This document shows positions 1 to 10,138 of a stretch of 64,000 bases of DNA, piece after piece. Source of the stretch: Candidatus Nomurabacteria bacterium. Its GTDB lineage: Bacteria; Patescibacteriota; Minisyncoccia; Phycocordibacterales; JACOZG01. The stretch covers positions 108,272 through 172,271 of the forward strand of contig JADLCI010000007.1 in assembly GCA_020847275.1 (NCBI GenBank), given 5' to 3'. Within the stretch, counting starts at the first letter, position 1, and every line of letters starts with the position of its first letter. Below the pieces are notes generated by a model that was given only the letters and a program-made list of their open reading frames with translations, was not told the DNA's origin and did not search any database. The position numbers and the translations under genes were made by a program.

Positions 1-2
1 CC

Positions 3-1688
3 TTTACCATTACCGACAGCACCACAGGTACCTGTAATTATACTGTTCAGAGTGGTGATACTTCCTCCGATCTGGACGCCTCGATCTCTGGAACAATTGC
101 CGATCAGTCTGCTAATGCGATGAGTAATTTCACCCCAGCGACGACTCTCGCGACCAATAAAGCACTTGTTATTGACACCACCGCACCGACGATTTCCACG
201 TTCTCGCCGGCCGATGATGCGACCGGAGTTTCTCCTACTGCTAACCTGGTTCTCACTTTCGATAGCGTCGTCAACTCAAATTCTGGCAATGTGACGATTA
301 AAAAATCTTCTGACGACACCACGGTAGAAACAATTGACATCACTGGTGGTCAAGTGTCAGGCAGTGGGAGTGACACGATCACCATCAATCCTTCAGTCAC
401 CCTCGCGAGTCTTACGGGGTACTATGTTCAAGTTGATAGTACGGCCCTCAGAGATGTGGCGACCAATAGTTACGCCGGGGTCAGCAACGCTACAACTTGG
501 AACTTCACTACTAGTGACTTAGACGCGCCAACAATTACAAGTGTCTCTTCTGATAAGGCAAATGGTTCTTACACCACTGGAGAAGTTATCGATATCGATG
601 TTACTTTTTCCGAAGCGGTAACATCAACCGGGGATGTGACCGTTACTCTAGAAACAGGCACCTCCGATCGTACTTGTACATTTTCTGTATCTAATTCATC
701 CTCTGGTACGTGTAACTACACAGTTCAGGCCGGTGACGCGAGTTCTGATCTAAACGTGAATACAATTTCTGGCACAATCGCTGATCAATCCAGTAACGCC
801 ATGACTGACTTTAACCCGGCTACCAATCTCGCGACCAATAAAGCACTTGTTATTGACACCACCGCACCGACGGCCTCTTCTCTTTTTCCGAGCGATAATG
901 CAACCAATGTTTCGGCCACAGTTAATCTGGTGGTGACCTTCGATGGTGTGGTGATTGTTAATAGTGGTAATGTATACATCAAGAAAACAAGTGACGACAC
1001 CACGGTAGAAACAATTGACATCACTGGTGGTCAAGTGTCAGGCAGTGGGAGTGACACGATCACCATCAATCCTTCAGTCACCCTCGCGAGTCTTACTGAA
1101 TATTATGTACAGATTGATTCCGGTATCGTACGAGACGTGGCCACCAACAGCTATACCGGAATCGCCGACACGACTAGTTGGAGTTTTACCACCAGTGATT
1201 CGGAGGTTGTAGCTGAAGAGGAAACTCTTCCGGCCTTTAATTCTACCGGAGGAGGTGGCGGAGGTGTTTCCGTGAATCAAAACGCCCTTGTCCCCAATAC
1301 TCCCAATGTTGCGCCACCAGCGCTAAATCTACCACCGGGTATAATTTCTCTTTTTACGCCCACTCAGCTGCAAGTAATTCTCATTTTTCTGCAGCAGCGA
1401 CTTCTCCTCCCGCCGATCGCGCCTATCGTTCCAGTTCCATCACGTGTTTTCACTAGACCGCTTGGTTACGGGGATAGGGGAGATGATGTAACAGCTTTAC
1501 AGAAATTTCTCACTGCACATCGTCCCGTAATTTATCCATCAGGTATTGTCTCAGGCTACTTTGGTCATCTGACAGAACTAGGCGTGATGCAATTACAGGA
1601 GCACAATGACATTGCTCATTTTGGTGAACCCGGTTACGGGTTTGTCGGTCCGTCGACTCGTGCCTTTTTGAATTCTCGTTCACTCTAA
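3..1688 (+). CDS. Surface protein with tandem Ig-like (Big_5/SbsA-like) repeats and a C-terminal peptidoglycan-binding domain; 5'-truncated by the window
   Basis: Frame is open from base 3 (FTITDSTTGTCNYTVQ...). Ser/Thr-rich DTTAPT...SPADDAT...NLVLTFD repeats; C-terminal LGYGDRGDDVTALQKFL...GYFGHLT...GFVGPSTRAFLN is a PG-binding-1-type motif. Confidence 0.8.
   Translation, partial: FTITDSTTGTCNYTVQSGDTSSDLDASISGTIADQSANAMSNFTPATTLATNKALVIDTTAPTISTFSPADDATGVSPTANLVLTFDSVVNSNSGNVTIKKSSDDTTVETIDITGGQVSGSGSDTITINPSVTLASLTGYYVQVDSTALRDVATNSYAGVSNATTWNFTTSDLDAPTITSVSSDKANGSYTTGEVIDIDVTFSEAVTSTGDVTVTLETGTSDRTCTFSVSNSSSGTCNYTVQAGDASSDLNVNTISGTIADQSSNAMTDFNPATNLATNKALVIDTTAPTASSLFPSDNATNVSATVNLVVTFDGVVIVNSGNVYIKKTSDDTTVETIDITGGQVSGSGSDTITINPSVTLASLTEYYVQIDSGIVRDVATNSYTGIADTTSWSFTTSDSEVVAEEETLPAFNSTGGGGGGVSVNQNALVPNTPNVAPPALNLPPGIISLFTPTQLQVILIFLQQRLLLPPIAPIVPVPSRVFTRPLGYGDRGDDVTALQKFLTAHRPVIYPSGIVSGYFGHLTELGVMQLQEHNDIAHFGEPGYGFVGPSTRAFLNSRSL
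146..1096 (+). repeat. Intragenic repeat with 681-bp (227-codon) period and perfectly identical patches
   Basis: 311-415 is identical to 992-1096 (105 bp) and 146-191 to 827-872 (46 bp); flanking parts of the units are diverged. Confidence 0.9.
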
Positions 1689-1705
1689 GATGGCGTTGTT
1701 TGGTT

Positions 1706-2395
1706 TTAACCATGTGCCACCGCTATTGCAAAGACTCTTCTTGCGCCAGTGGTGAGTAAAACTTTTCTTGCTTCAGAAATTGTTGCGCCAGTGGTAATGA
1801 CATCGTCAATCAAGATAACATTTCTATTTTTCACCTGATTCCTTCCAGATTCAGAAATAGCAAAAGCGTTGCGGGGATTATTTAAACGGGTATTACGATC
1901 TCTTGTTTTCATCTGGCTTGGTGTCTCACGGGTTTTTATTAAGATATTTTCCTGCAATTGCAGATTGGCAGGATCGAGACCGGCAAAATATTTTGCCAAC
2001 ACTTGCGCCTGATTGAAACCGCGTTCATTTTTTCGTTTTTCTGTCATTGGGACGGGGATTACGATGTAAGATTCTGGTTTGGGTATTTGTGGCGGTTGCC
2101 AGGCAGACAAACTCTCCGAGTAGTATTTGTATAGTGATTGGGCTAGATCATACGCCACCGCGCGAGCCCCACGATATTTAAGTTGCCAGATTGCTTGTTT
2201 AATTCGGACATCTTGATAATTAAATACCGCTTGGGTGTCCACGATTTCCAGTGGTTCGGCTTTGGGGATAAGCGCACGGCAGTTCGGGCAGAGGTAATAG
2301 TTTCTGGATCGACAGGATAAACAGCGGGCGGGTAGGACATAGTTGATAATTGTGGATAAGTGTGGCCACCAAGAGTAAGTCATTGCTTCTTTCAT
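1706..2395 (-). CDS. comF: ComF family competence protein (zinc ribbon + phosphoribosyltransferase-like domain)
   Basis: CLSC...CPNC, IWQLKYRG, ERGFNQAQ, ILIDDVITTGATI; start moved to ATG 2395 (or 2383) to avoid overlap with pilM. Confidence 0.9.
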   Translation of the reverse strand: MKEAMTYSWWPHLSTIINYVLPARCLSCRSRNYYLCPNCRALIPKAEPLEIVDTQAVFNYQDVRIKQAIWQLKYRGARAVAYDLAQSLYKYYSESLSAWQPPQIPKPESYIVIPVPMTEKRKNERGFNQAQVLAKYFAGLDPANLQLQENILIKTRETPSQMKTRDRNTRLNNPRNAFAISESGRNQVKNRNVILIDDVITTGATISEARKVLLTTGARRVFAIAVAHG

Positions 2396-2434
2396 GATAT
2401 AATAATTCAGTGGGCTGATGAAGCCTCCGTGTAA

Positions 2435-3547
2435 ATGGCTAATCCGTTTGAGAAATTTCTGAATTTCACCAAGTTTGCTCTTTGGCAGAAGAAAAGCGTT
2501 CAGGTTCTTGGCATCGATGTCGGCGCGTCTTCGATTAAGGTTGTGCAATTGCGCAAGGAACATGGTCGAGCGGTGCTCGAGACTTATGGTGAAATTGCTA
2601 CTGGGCCCTACCGTCAGCTTGCGGTGGGGCAAGCGGTTGTGCTTACACCAGATAAACTGGCGGAGGCGGTTAAGGACCTTTTTCGTGAAGCAAATGTGAC
2701 CACGGCTTCGGCTTCTTTTGCCATACCGCTTGGCTCCAGTTTGCTGGTGATTATCGAGATCCCGCGCGTGAGTAGCAATGTTCTAGACAAAGTGGTGCCG
2801 ATTGAGGCGCGCAAGTATATTCCAGTCCCGATTGGTGAGGTGGCGATTGATTGGTGGCCGATTCCACTTCAAGATATGAACCCCGAAGGTAAGAATCCTG
2901 ACAAGCTAGAGATTCTTGTGGCGGCGATTCATAAGGGTGTAATCAGTCAATACCAAGATTTAGCCACAAGGATTTCAGTTGTGCCGTCGTTCTTTGAGAT
3001 TGAAACCTTCAGTTCAATTCGCTCCGTCTTTTCTGGCGACATGACACCGACAGCGATTCTGGACATCGGTGCCGGCAGTACCAAGATGGCCATTCTGGAT
3101 TATGGCATTGTTCACGTGTCGCACACGATTCATAAGGGCTCACAAGACATCACCGTTGCTCTCTCCCGAGAATTGAATGTAGACTTTGCCAAGGCCGAGG
3201 AGGTGAAGAGGACGGTGGGGCTGTCGGAACGCTTAGTTGGTGGGGGAGTATCGTCGACCATCAATAATTTAATGGAATATATTTTTGCTGAGGCTAATCG
3301 TGTTATTCTGGATTACCAGGTTAAACAGAAAAAGACGATTGGTCGGATTATCCTGATTGGCGGTGGTTCGTTGCTACAAGGATTAATTGATGTTGCGACA
3401 AAGAATTTTGAAATTCCAGTAGTGATCGGCAAGCCTTTTAATAAGGTGGAGTCCCCGCCATTTTTAGAGCCAGTACTTAATGAAGCGGGACCTGGATTTG
3501 CGGTGGCGATTGGATTGGCGCTCCGTCACTTACAGAACTTGGATTAA
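2435..3547 (+). CDS. pilM: Type IV pilus assembly protein PilM
   Basis: Actin-like motifs LGIDVGASSIKVVQL, LDIGAGST, LIGGGS; C-terminal AVAIGLALR. Confidence 0.93.
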   Translation: MANPFEKFLNFTKFALWQKKSVQVLGIDVGASSIKVVQLRKEHGRAVLETYGEIATGPYRQLAVGQAVVLTPDKLAEAVKDLFREANVTTASASFAIPLGSSLLVIIEIPRVSSNVLDKVVPIEARKYIPVPIGEVAIDWWPIPLQDMNPEGKNPDKLEILVAAIHKGVISQYQDLATRISVVPSFFEIETFSSIRSVFSGDMTPTAILDIGAGSTKMAILDYGIVHVSHTIHKGSQDITVALSRELNVDFAKAEEVKRTVGLSERLVGGGVSSTINNLMEYIFAEANRVILDYQVKQKKTIGRIILIGGGSLLQGLIDVATKNFEIPVVIGKPFNKVESPPFLEPVLNEAGPGFAVAIGLALRHLQNLD

Positions 3548-3572
3548 TGTGATTTAATAAATAGAGTTCATC

Positions 3573-4235
3573 ATGGATCGAGAAACACAAACATCATTTA
3601 TTCCGAAGGCGGCTCTCAGTCGCAATATGGAGTTAGCGCCCCGGAGTGTCAGTTTCTTTACGGTCATCTCTATGTTCACCCTTTTTCTCTCAATCGCTTT
3701 CTGGGGGGGGACATTTGGCTACCGTCAGATATTGCAGAATCAGATTGAGGCACCGTGTTCTGAACGTTCCACAGTCACGGGCAATGAACAGAGTTGTGGA
3801 TTAAGAGAGAGTATTAACCGCGAACGCCAGAATCTAGATCAGGCCACAACGGTTTTTCTCAAGCGTCTGAGCGACAAACTTTTGATTGGTAACGATTTGG
3901 TGCGTACCCACCAAACAGTCCTACCATTGCTCACTATGCTTGAGGAGCTAACTTTGCCATCAATTTATTACACCCGTTTTGCTTATAATGGTAAGACGAT
4001 TACGATTGAGGGTCGCGCCTCGGGTTACGAAGATATTGCGGTCCAGACTCAAGTTCTTAGCCGTGACCGCGGAAGGATTAAGAGCTTTATCTTCTCCGAT
4101 CTAGATTTAGATAGTTTTGGGAATGTAATTTTCAGATTAATTTTGAATGTGGAGCCGGAAGTTATTTCTTATACCCACGCACTTGGCGATACCACTATTA
4201 ATAATTCTTCGGTCACTAATAATCCCTTGCCATGA
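3573..4235 (+). CDS. pilN: PilN-like pilus assembly protein
   Basis: Follows pilM; N-terminal SFIPK motif, single TM, ferredoxin-like C-terminus (ITIEGRA). Confidence 0.7.
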   Translation: MDRETQTSFIPKAALSRNMELAPRSVSFFTVISMFTLFLSIAFWGGTFGYRQILQNQIEAPCSERSTVTGNEQSCGLRESINRERQNLDQATTVFLKRLSDKLLIGNDLVRTHQTVLPLLTMLEELTLPSIYYTRFAYNGKTITIEGRASGYEDIAVQTQVLSRDRGRIKSFIFSDLDLDSFGNVIFRLILNVEPEVISYTHALGDTTINNSSVTNNPLP

Positions 4236-4774
4236 AAAATTTTCTCCTTCCCCTTATCGTTTTGATTGCCGCCGTCGCCATTTTCTTCAGCCTCTCACGA
4301 CCTCTGCTCGCGGACATCGCCGTTTTGCGTCTAGAGAAAGCCAAACTAGAAACCGGTTTGGATAATGCGCGTAAATTACAAGAAGTTCGTGACGAACTTA
4401 TCAAGATTTCTCGCGAATTTCCCAAAGAAGACTTAGATCGTCTAAACAAAATGTTGCCTGACAACGTAGATAATGTCCGATTGATTATCGATATCAATAA
4501 TCTGGCGCGTGGCTCGGGGATGTCTATTCGTAATATTAAGATCAAGTCTGATCAGGGGGGCACTGATCCGCAGGTGATTGCTGACAGTGGACAGAAAAAA
4601 GGCGCTGTTACCCTTGCTTTCTCGGTCGCCGGCCCCTATGCAAACTTTGAAGATTTTCTGCAGCGGTTGGCGCGGAGCTTGCGTCTGGTCGATGTAACTG
4701 ACGTTTCCTTCAGCTCGAATGAGAAAAATTTCTACGAGTATAGCGTGGAGTTACAAACTTACTGGCTGAAATAA
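4232..4774 (+). CDS. pilO: Type IV pilus assembly protein PilO
   Basis: TM + coiled coil, MLPDN, G-x-Y-x-x-F-x-x-F (GPYANFEDFL), LRLVDV. Confidence 0.8.
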   Translation: MKNFLLPLIVLIAAVAIFFSLSRPLLADIAVLRLEKAKLETGLDNARKLQEVRDELIKISREFPKEDLDRLNKMLPDNVDNVRLIIDINNLARGSGMSIRNIKIKSDQGGTDPQVIADSGQKKGAVTLAFSVAGPYANFEDFLQRLARSLRLVDVTDVSFSSNEKNFYEYSVELQTYWLK

Positions 4775-4788
4775 ATCAACATAAAAAT

Positions 4789-5169
4789 ATGTCTGGAAAT
4801 AAAATTATAACTAATCTCGGACTCCTTCTTCTCGCCGCGGTTCTGATTTACTTGGGGTATGGTTGGCTGGGTGGTTCTGATTCGTCATCGGACGCAGGAC
4901 TGACAGCAGACGGGTTCAGTCAAGGGATTGATGGTGAAGATCCGTCCGACGAGTTTCTGGCAACACTTATTGGCCTACAGGAGCTCAATCTTAAGGGTGA
5001 TGTTTTCAAAAGCCCTGTTTTCAAGGACCTAGAAGATCACAGTACCGTTTTGGTTGATCAGGCGCCCGGACGCCCTAACCCCTTTTCGCCGGTTAATTTT
5101 GAAGCGGTTCGCTCTGTGGGTTCGCGTAGCGCCACCAGTTCTACTTCGACAAGCACCAGCTCGCGTTAA
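4789..5169 (+). CDS. Membrane-anchored pilus-locus protein (PilP-position, GRxNPF motif)
   Basis: N-terminal TM, GRPNPFSP motif, position after pilO. Confidence 0.55.
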   Translation: MSGNKIITNLGLLLLAAVLIYLGYGWLGGSDSSSDAGLTADGFSQGIDGEDPSDEFLATLIGLQELNLKGDVFKSPVFKDLEDHSTVLVDQAPGRPNPFSPVNFEAVRSVGSRSATSSTSTSTSSR

Positions 5170-5174
5170 AAACT

Positions 5175-6740
5175 ATGGATTCAACGATTACCGTTCCCGT
5201 CGCAACAATTGAAGAGGGGAGTCGGATTCCCTTAGAGGTTTTAGAATATGTTCCGAAGAGCTCGGCGACGTATTATCAATTTGTGCCCCTAAGGGTAAGT
5301 GACGGTGTTCTGGAGGTGGGGATGATGGACAGCAATAATCTCGAGGCGCGCGATGCGATCCAGTTCATTGCCTCTAAGATTGGTCTTCCCTTTAAAATTT
5401 TTTCAATTGGTAAGGATGACTTCGAGCGGGCATTGAAGGGGTACGAGGGTCTTACCAGTCAAGTGACAAAGGCGCTGGGTGACCTTGATTCGGAGATCAA
5501 AAACGAGGAAAAAAAACAGAAGACAGAGTCCGGTTCCGATAAAAAAGAAGTGAAGATTGTGGAGGATGCACCAGTAACCAAGATTGTGGCTGTGATTCTT
5601 CAACACGCTTCGTCTGGGAATGCTTCCGATATTCATATTGAGCCCACACCAGAAAATGTCCGGGTAAGGTTTCGGGTAGATGGTTCACTTCACTCTAGCC
5701 TTTTCCTGCCCAGTTCGGTGCTCGATGCGGTTGTGGCGCGTATCAAGATTCTGACCAACATGAGATTAGATGAGCGACGCAAGCCGCAAGACGGCCGTTT
5801 CTCTGCTCGGGTAGAGGGGAGAAAGATTGATTTCCGTGTTTCTACAATGCCAACTTATTACGGTGAGAAGGTGGTAATTCGTATTCTGGATTCAGAACGA
5901 CAGCTGCTCACCTTTAGTCAATTGGGTCTAACCCCAATCAATCTGAACACTTTCGAGCGCGCTCTTAAACGACCCTACGGAATGATTCTGGTTACGGGAC
6001 CGACTGGTTCTGGAAAAACTTCCACGCTTTATTCTATGTTGCAAGTGATTGATCGGGAGAGCAATAACGTGGTGAGCCTGGAAGATCCGATCGAATATAG
6101 CGTTCCGGATGTCAGTCAGTCCCAAGTCAGACCAGAGATAAATTATACTTTTGCTAACGGCTTGCGCAGTATCTTGCGTCAGGATCCGGATATCATAATG
6201 GTCGGAGAAATTCGTGATTCAGAAACAGCTAAACTCGCAATTCAGGCGGCGCTAACTGGTCATCTTGTGCTTTCCACTCTCCACACCAATAATGCAGCCG
6301 GAGTCATCCCTCGTCTTGTCGATATGGGCATTGATCCCTATCTTATCGCCGCGACCCTTATTCTCGCCGTGGCGCAGAGACTAGTTCCTACCCTTTGCGC
6401 TGAATCTAAGCAAGAGGTTCCGCTTGATGGTGGTCTTCGGGCGGTAGTTGATAAATATCTAGAAGAGGTACCAGAGGAAGTCAAAAAGACAATTGAGATT
6501 CCGAAAAGCATCTTTCGTCCTCAACCATCACCAACTTGTTCTGCTGGGGTTCGTGGTCGGATGGCCGTTTTTGAAGTACTTGAAATGGATCACGAGTTTG
6601 AGCAACTAATGCTCTCCACGCCCACCGAAGAAGCTATTTCCTCACTGGCAAGAAAGAAAGGTTTCCTCACGATGCGGGAAGATGCCCTACTCAAGGCGTT
6701 TAAGGGTCTGATTTCCTTTGAAGAAGTGAGCAAGTTGTAA
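5175..6740 (+). CDS. pilB: Type IV pilus extension ATPase PilB (GspE/PulE family)
   Basis: ASDIHIEP, PQDGRF, GPTGSGKT, LRQDPDIIMVGEIRD, TGHLVLSTLHTN. Confidence 0.95.
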   Translation: MDSTITVPVATIEEGSRIPLEVLEYVPKSSATYYQFVPLRVSDGVLEVGMMDSNNLEARDAIQFIASKIGLPFKIFSIGKDDFERALKGYEGLTSQVTKALGDLDSEIKNEEKKQKTESGSDKKEVKIVEDAPVTKIVAVILQHASSGNASDIHIEPTPENVRVRFRVDGSLHSSLFLPSSVLDAVVARIKILTNMRLDERRKPQDGRFSARVEGRKIDFRVSTMPTYYGEKVVIRILDSERQLLTFSQLGLTPINLNTFERALKRPYGMILVTGPTGSGKTSTLYSMLQVIDRESNNVVSLEDPIEYSVPDVSQSQVRPEINYTFANGLRSILRQDPDIIMVGEIRDSETAKLAIQAALTGHLVLSTLHTNNAAGVIPRLVDMGIDPYLIAATLILAVAQRLVPTLCAESKQEVPLDGGLRAVVDKYLEEVPEEVKKTIEIPKSIFRPQPSPTCSAGVRGRMAVFEVLEMDHEFEQLMLSTPTEEAISSLARKKGFLTMREDALLKAFKGLISFEEVSKL

Positions 6741-6766
6741 TATAATAATGGAGACGGAATAAATCT

Positions 6767-7159
6767 ATGAATATCTTAATCATTGATGACGACAAGTTCT
6801 TACTGGACATGTACTCGCTCAAGTTCAATGAGCTTGGTTTCCAGGTTTCCACCGCCACTGACGGCGAGGAAGCACTGGAAAAGGTCACAAATGGTCTCAA
6901 CCCGGATATCTTTTTGATCGATATTCTAATGCCGAAGCTGGACGGCTTTCAGTTTATTGCCAAACTGAAAGAAAAAAACTTACCTCCAGAAACTATTTTG
7001 ATAATTCTCTCCAATATGGGTCAACAGGCAGACATTGATCAGGGTTTGGCGCTTGGCGTAGACGGCTATATTGTGAAGGCGACGGCCACCCCCTCGGAGG
7101 TGGTGAGCAAAACGGTCGATATTGCCAATAGTAAGCACGCTAAGAATAAAAAAGTATGA
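6767..7159 (+). CDS. Stand-alone response regulator receiver domain
   Basis: ILIIDDD, PDIFLIDILMPKLDG, conserved Lys in YIVK. Confidence 0.92.
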   Translation: MNILIIDDDKFLLDMYSLKFNELGFQVSTATDGEEALEKVTNGLNPDIFLIDILMPKLDGFQFIAKLKEKNLPPETILIILSNMGQQADIDQGLALGVDGYIVKATATPSEVVSKTVDIANSKHAKNKKV

Positions 7160-8220
7160 CCGATTACAAGCGAGATTTAGAGGAACTGGTTGTCACGGTT
7201 GTGAAAGAGGGGGCTTCGGATCTCCACCTCACCGTCGGTCGACATCCAACCATCCGCGTGTCTGGTGATTTGATTCCACTAGTTAATCGCCCGGTGTTAA
7301 AGCCAGAAGACACCATTGGCTTAATAACCGAGGTACTTTCACCGGAGAATAAGGAAGAGTTTTGGAAGAATAAAGAGATTGATTTTGCTTATTCTGCTTC
7401 TGCCAACGCGCGTTTCCGTGGGAATGGCTTCTTCCAACGCGGCTTTGTGGGTGCCGCCTTTCGCCTAATTCCGAATAAAATTTTGAGTCTCAAGGAGCTT
7501 AATTTACCCGAGCGTCTCGAGGAGTTTGCTCGACGGGAGCAGGGGTTCTTTCTCGCCGTTGGGCCTGTTGGTCAGGGTAAGTCCACCACGCTCGCTTCGC
7601 TTATTCAGATGATCAATCAGGAGAGAGCCGAGCATATTGTCACGATTGAAGATCCGGTTGAGTACCTCTTCCAGAATGACAAGTCCATTATTGATCAGCG
7701 CGAGGTTCGCTTTGATACTATGAGTTTTTCCAGAGCAATGCGCGGGATGTTTCGTGAAGATGTGAATGTGCTGATGTTGGGTGAGATGAGGAGTCCGGAG
7801 ACAATCGCCGCCGCCGTGACGGCCGCGGAGACCGGTCACTTGGTGCTGTCTACTCTCCATACCAACTCTGCTTCACAGACGATTGATCGCATTATCGATT
7901 CTTTCCCCGCGAACCAACAGAACCAGATTCGGATTCAATTGGCCGGTTCATTGGCGGGAATATTTTCCCAACGCTTATTGCCCCGTATTTCTGGTGGGCA
8001 GGTACCAGCCTACGAACTTCTAATCAACAATAATGCTATTGCCAACCTTATTCGTGAAGGGCGAACAGCTGAAATTGATGTGGTAATTGAAACTGGTTCC
8101 GAGAACGGGATGATCAATCTGAATCAGTCTCTATCGGATCTGATTCGTCGGGGCGAAATTACCCAAGAAACAGCTTATCGTTATTCTCTCAATCCCAAAG
8201 GTTTGGGGCGAATGATTTAG
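7156..8220 (+). CDS. pilT: Type IV pilus retraction ATPase PilT
   Basis: ASDLHL, GPVGQGKST, TIEDPVE, AAETGHLVLSTLHT, AIANLIRE (AIRNLIRE-like). Confidence 0.93.
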   Translation: MTDYKRDLEELVVTVVKEGASDLHLTVGRHPTIRVSGDLIPLVNRPVLKPEDTIGLITEVLSPENKEEFWKNKEIDFAYSASANARFRGNGFFQRGFVGAAFRLIPNKILSLKELNLPERLEEFARREQGFFLAVGPVGQGKSTTLASLIQMINQERAEHIVTIEDPVEYLFQNDKSIIDQREVRFDTMSFSRAMRGMFREDVNVLMLGEMRSPETIAAAVTAAETGHLVLSTLHTNSASQTIDRIIDSFPANQQNQIRIQLAGSLAGIFSQRLLPRISGGQVPAYELLINNNAIANLIREGRTAEIDVVIETGSENGMINLNQSLSDLIRRGEITQETAYRYSLNPKGLGRMI

Positions 8221-8227
8221 AAATCTC

Positions 8228-9439
8228 ATGCTATTTAATTATAAAGCGGTAACTAAGGAAAATCAGGCACAAGAGGGAAGCATTGACGCTCCGGGTTTGG
8301 AGTTGGCGATCTCCTCACTTCAACGTCGGGGTCTGATTATTCTAGATATCAAGGCGGCCGATGAAAGGGGGCGCGGTTTTCTCTCGCGTTACTTTATCTT
8401 TTCTCGTAAACCCAAGATGAAGGATGTTGTCCTGCTTTCGCGTCAGATTGCCACAATGTTTGAGGCGAAGGTCTCGGCCCTGGCCACCTTCCGCTTATTG
8501 GCGTCTGAAGTCGAAAGTCCGGTGCTGAAACGCGCCCTCACCGAGATTGCCGATGAGATCAATAGTGGTGTTCTTATCTCCACTGCGATGACCAAGCAGG
8601 AAGAAGTCTTCTCACCTTTCTATGTGAGTATGGTGAAGTCGGGTGAAGAATCCGGTAAATTATCGGAGGCGTTTAATTACTTGGCGGCCTATCTTGAGCG
8701 TTCTCACGGTCTGGTGAGCAAGGCCAAGAATGCGCTCATTTATCCAGCCTTCATCATCCTCTCCTTCATTGTGGTGATGATTTTGATGCTTGTTTTCGTG
8801 ATTCCCAAACTTTCAGCTATCCTGAAGGAAACCGGACAGGCTATCCCAATCTATACTCGGGCGGTAATTGGTTTGAGTCAATTTTTCGTAGATTATGGCT
8901 TCTTCCTCTTGGCGGGACTTGTGGTCTTGTCCGTCTTCGTCGGCCGTTGGCTCCGGACAGACTCTGGTCGCCGTTCGCTCTCTTCCTTCAAGCTTTCCAT
9001 CCCGTATGTGGGCAATCTCTATCAGAAACTCTATCTCTCAAGAATTTCCGATAACTTAAGCACAATGCTTACCTCCGGCATCTCGATGGTCCGCGCCCTG
9101 GAGATTACCTCTGAGGTTGTGGATAACGATGTCTATAAGGAAATTATGTTGAAATCAGCCGAATCGGTGAAGAATGGTAATCAGGTTTCTGCCGTAATGT
9201 CTAAGTATCACGAGGTTCCCTCAATTCTGGTTCAGATGTTTCGGGTTGGTGAAGAAACCGGTAAACTGGGCTCGATTCTAGAGACGATTGCCCGTTTCTA
9301 CCAACGCGAGGTCTACGATGCCGTAGATACTCTGGTTGATCTGATTGAGCCGGCAATGATTGTGCTTCTTGGTGCGGGAGTGGGAATCTTGCTTACCTCT
9401 GTTCTGGTGCCAATTTATAACCTGGCTAGCGGTATTTAG
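8228..9439 (+). CDS. pilC: Type IV pilus platform protein PilC (GspF family)
   Basis: GEESGKL, ALIYP, GEETGKL, LIEPAMI repeats. Confidence 0.95.
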   Translation: MLFNYKAVTKENQAQEGSIDAPGLELAISSLQRRGLIILDIKAADERGRGFLSRYFIFSRKPKMKDVVLLSRQIATMFEAKVSALATFRLLASEVESPVLKRALTEIADEINSGVLISTAMTKQEEVFSPFYVSMVKSGEESGKLSEAFNYLAAYLERSHGLVSKAKNALIYPAFIILSFIVVMILMLVFVIPKLSAILKETGQAIPIYTRAVIGLSQFFVDYGFFLLAGLVVLSVFVGRWLRTDSGRRSLSSFKLSIPYVGNLYQKLYLSRISDNLSTMLTSGISMVRALEITSEVVDNDVYKEIMLKSAESVKNGNQVSAVMSKYHEVPSILVQMFRVGEETGKLGSILETIARFYQREVYDAVDTLVDLIEPAMIVLLGAGVGILLTSVLVPIYNLASGI

Positions 9440-9486
9440 TTGTCCACAGAGGCGTCTTTTGCCCTTATTCTCCATTGCCGTATAAT
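9440..9486 (+). promoter_or_regulatory. Promoter of first pilin with upstream DnaA-box-like element
   Basis: TTGTCCACA 9440-9448, TTGCCC about 9459, TATAAT 9481-9486; leader has an ATGGTCAA/TTGACCGT hairpin. Confidence 0.6.
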
Positions 9487-9582
9487 TAAGCCCGTGATGG
9501 TCAAGCAATTTCTCGACGTTGACCGTTCGCCCGGTTTTGTTATTATTAGAAAAGTCGAAAGATTATTAAAAGTTAATCATAT

Positions 9583-10044
9583 ATGATGAAATTGAATCTT
9601 AAGAAAGGTTTTACCCTGATTGAGCTCTTGGTGGTTATCGCCATCATCGGTATTCTGTCAGGTATTGTGTTGAGTTCGCTCAATACGGCGAGAGGTAAGG
9701 GTCGGGATGCCGCTGTTCAGGCACAAATGGCAAACATGAGAAGTCAGGCAGAGTTGTTTTACTCAAATAACAACAACTATGGCACGGCTGTTGCTCTGGG
9801 TGCTTGTGTAAGTGCCGCTGGAACATTGATTGATTCTGCCAATACGTCCAGCTTGCACGCTCTGGTTCTTACTGGGGCTATTGCCGGGCAGAGTCCACAG
9901 TGTGTTGTTAATACAACAAACGCTGCCTGGGCGGTGTCTGCGCTTAAGCCCACCAATGCAGCGGAAAGTTTCTGTGTAAGTAATACTCAAGCAGTCAGCT
10001 CTGGGGGTAACCACATCGCCCAAGCTGCTGGGACTTGCTCCTAA
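9583..10044 (+). CDS. pilA: Type IV pilin, probable major pilin
   Basis: KKG|FTLIELLVVIAIIGILS class III signal; own promoter and terminator; Cys pairs. Confidence 0.9.
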   Translation: MMKLNLKKGFTLIELLVVIAIIGILSGIVLSSLNTARGKGRDAAVQAQMANMRSQAELFYSNNNNYGTAVALGACVSAAGTLIDSANTSSLHALVLTGAIAGQSPQCVVNTTNAAWAVSALKPTNAAESFCVSNTQAVSSGGNHIAQAAGTCS

Positions 10045-10065
10045 TTCGTATTCTTTCTGTTTTTC

Positions 10066-10095
10066 AAACAAAACCCCTTATGGGGTTTTGTTTTT
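10066..10095 (+). terminator. Intrinsic terminator after first pilin
   Basis: AAACAAAACCCC-TTAT-GGGGTTTTGTTT hairpin with T tract. Confidence 0.8.
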
Positions 10096-10138
10096 GTCCA
10101 CACTTGTTGTTGAATGATTTTAATCAGGATGTTAGAAT

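Noticed and set aside
2396-2632. N-terminal extension of comF in the ORF track (308 aa)
   Set aside because: Overlaps pilM antisense; ComF similarity begins only after about 2395
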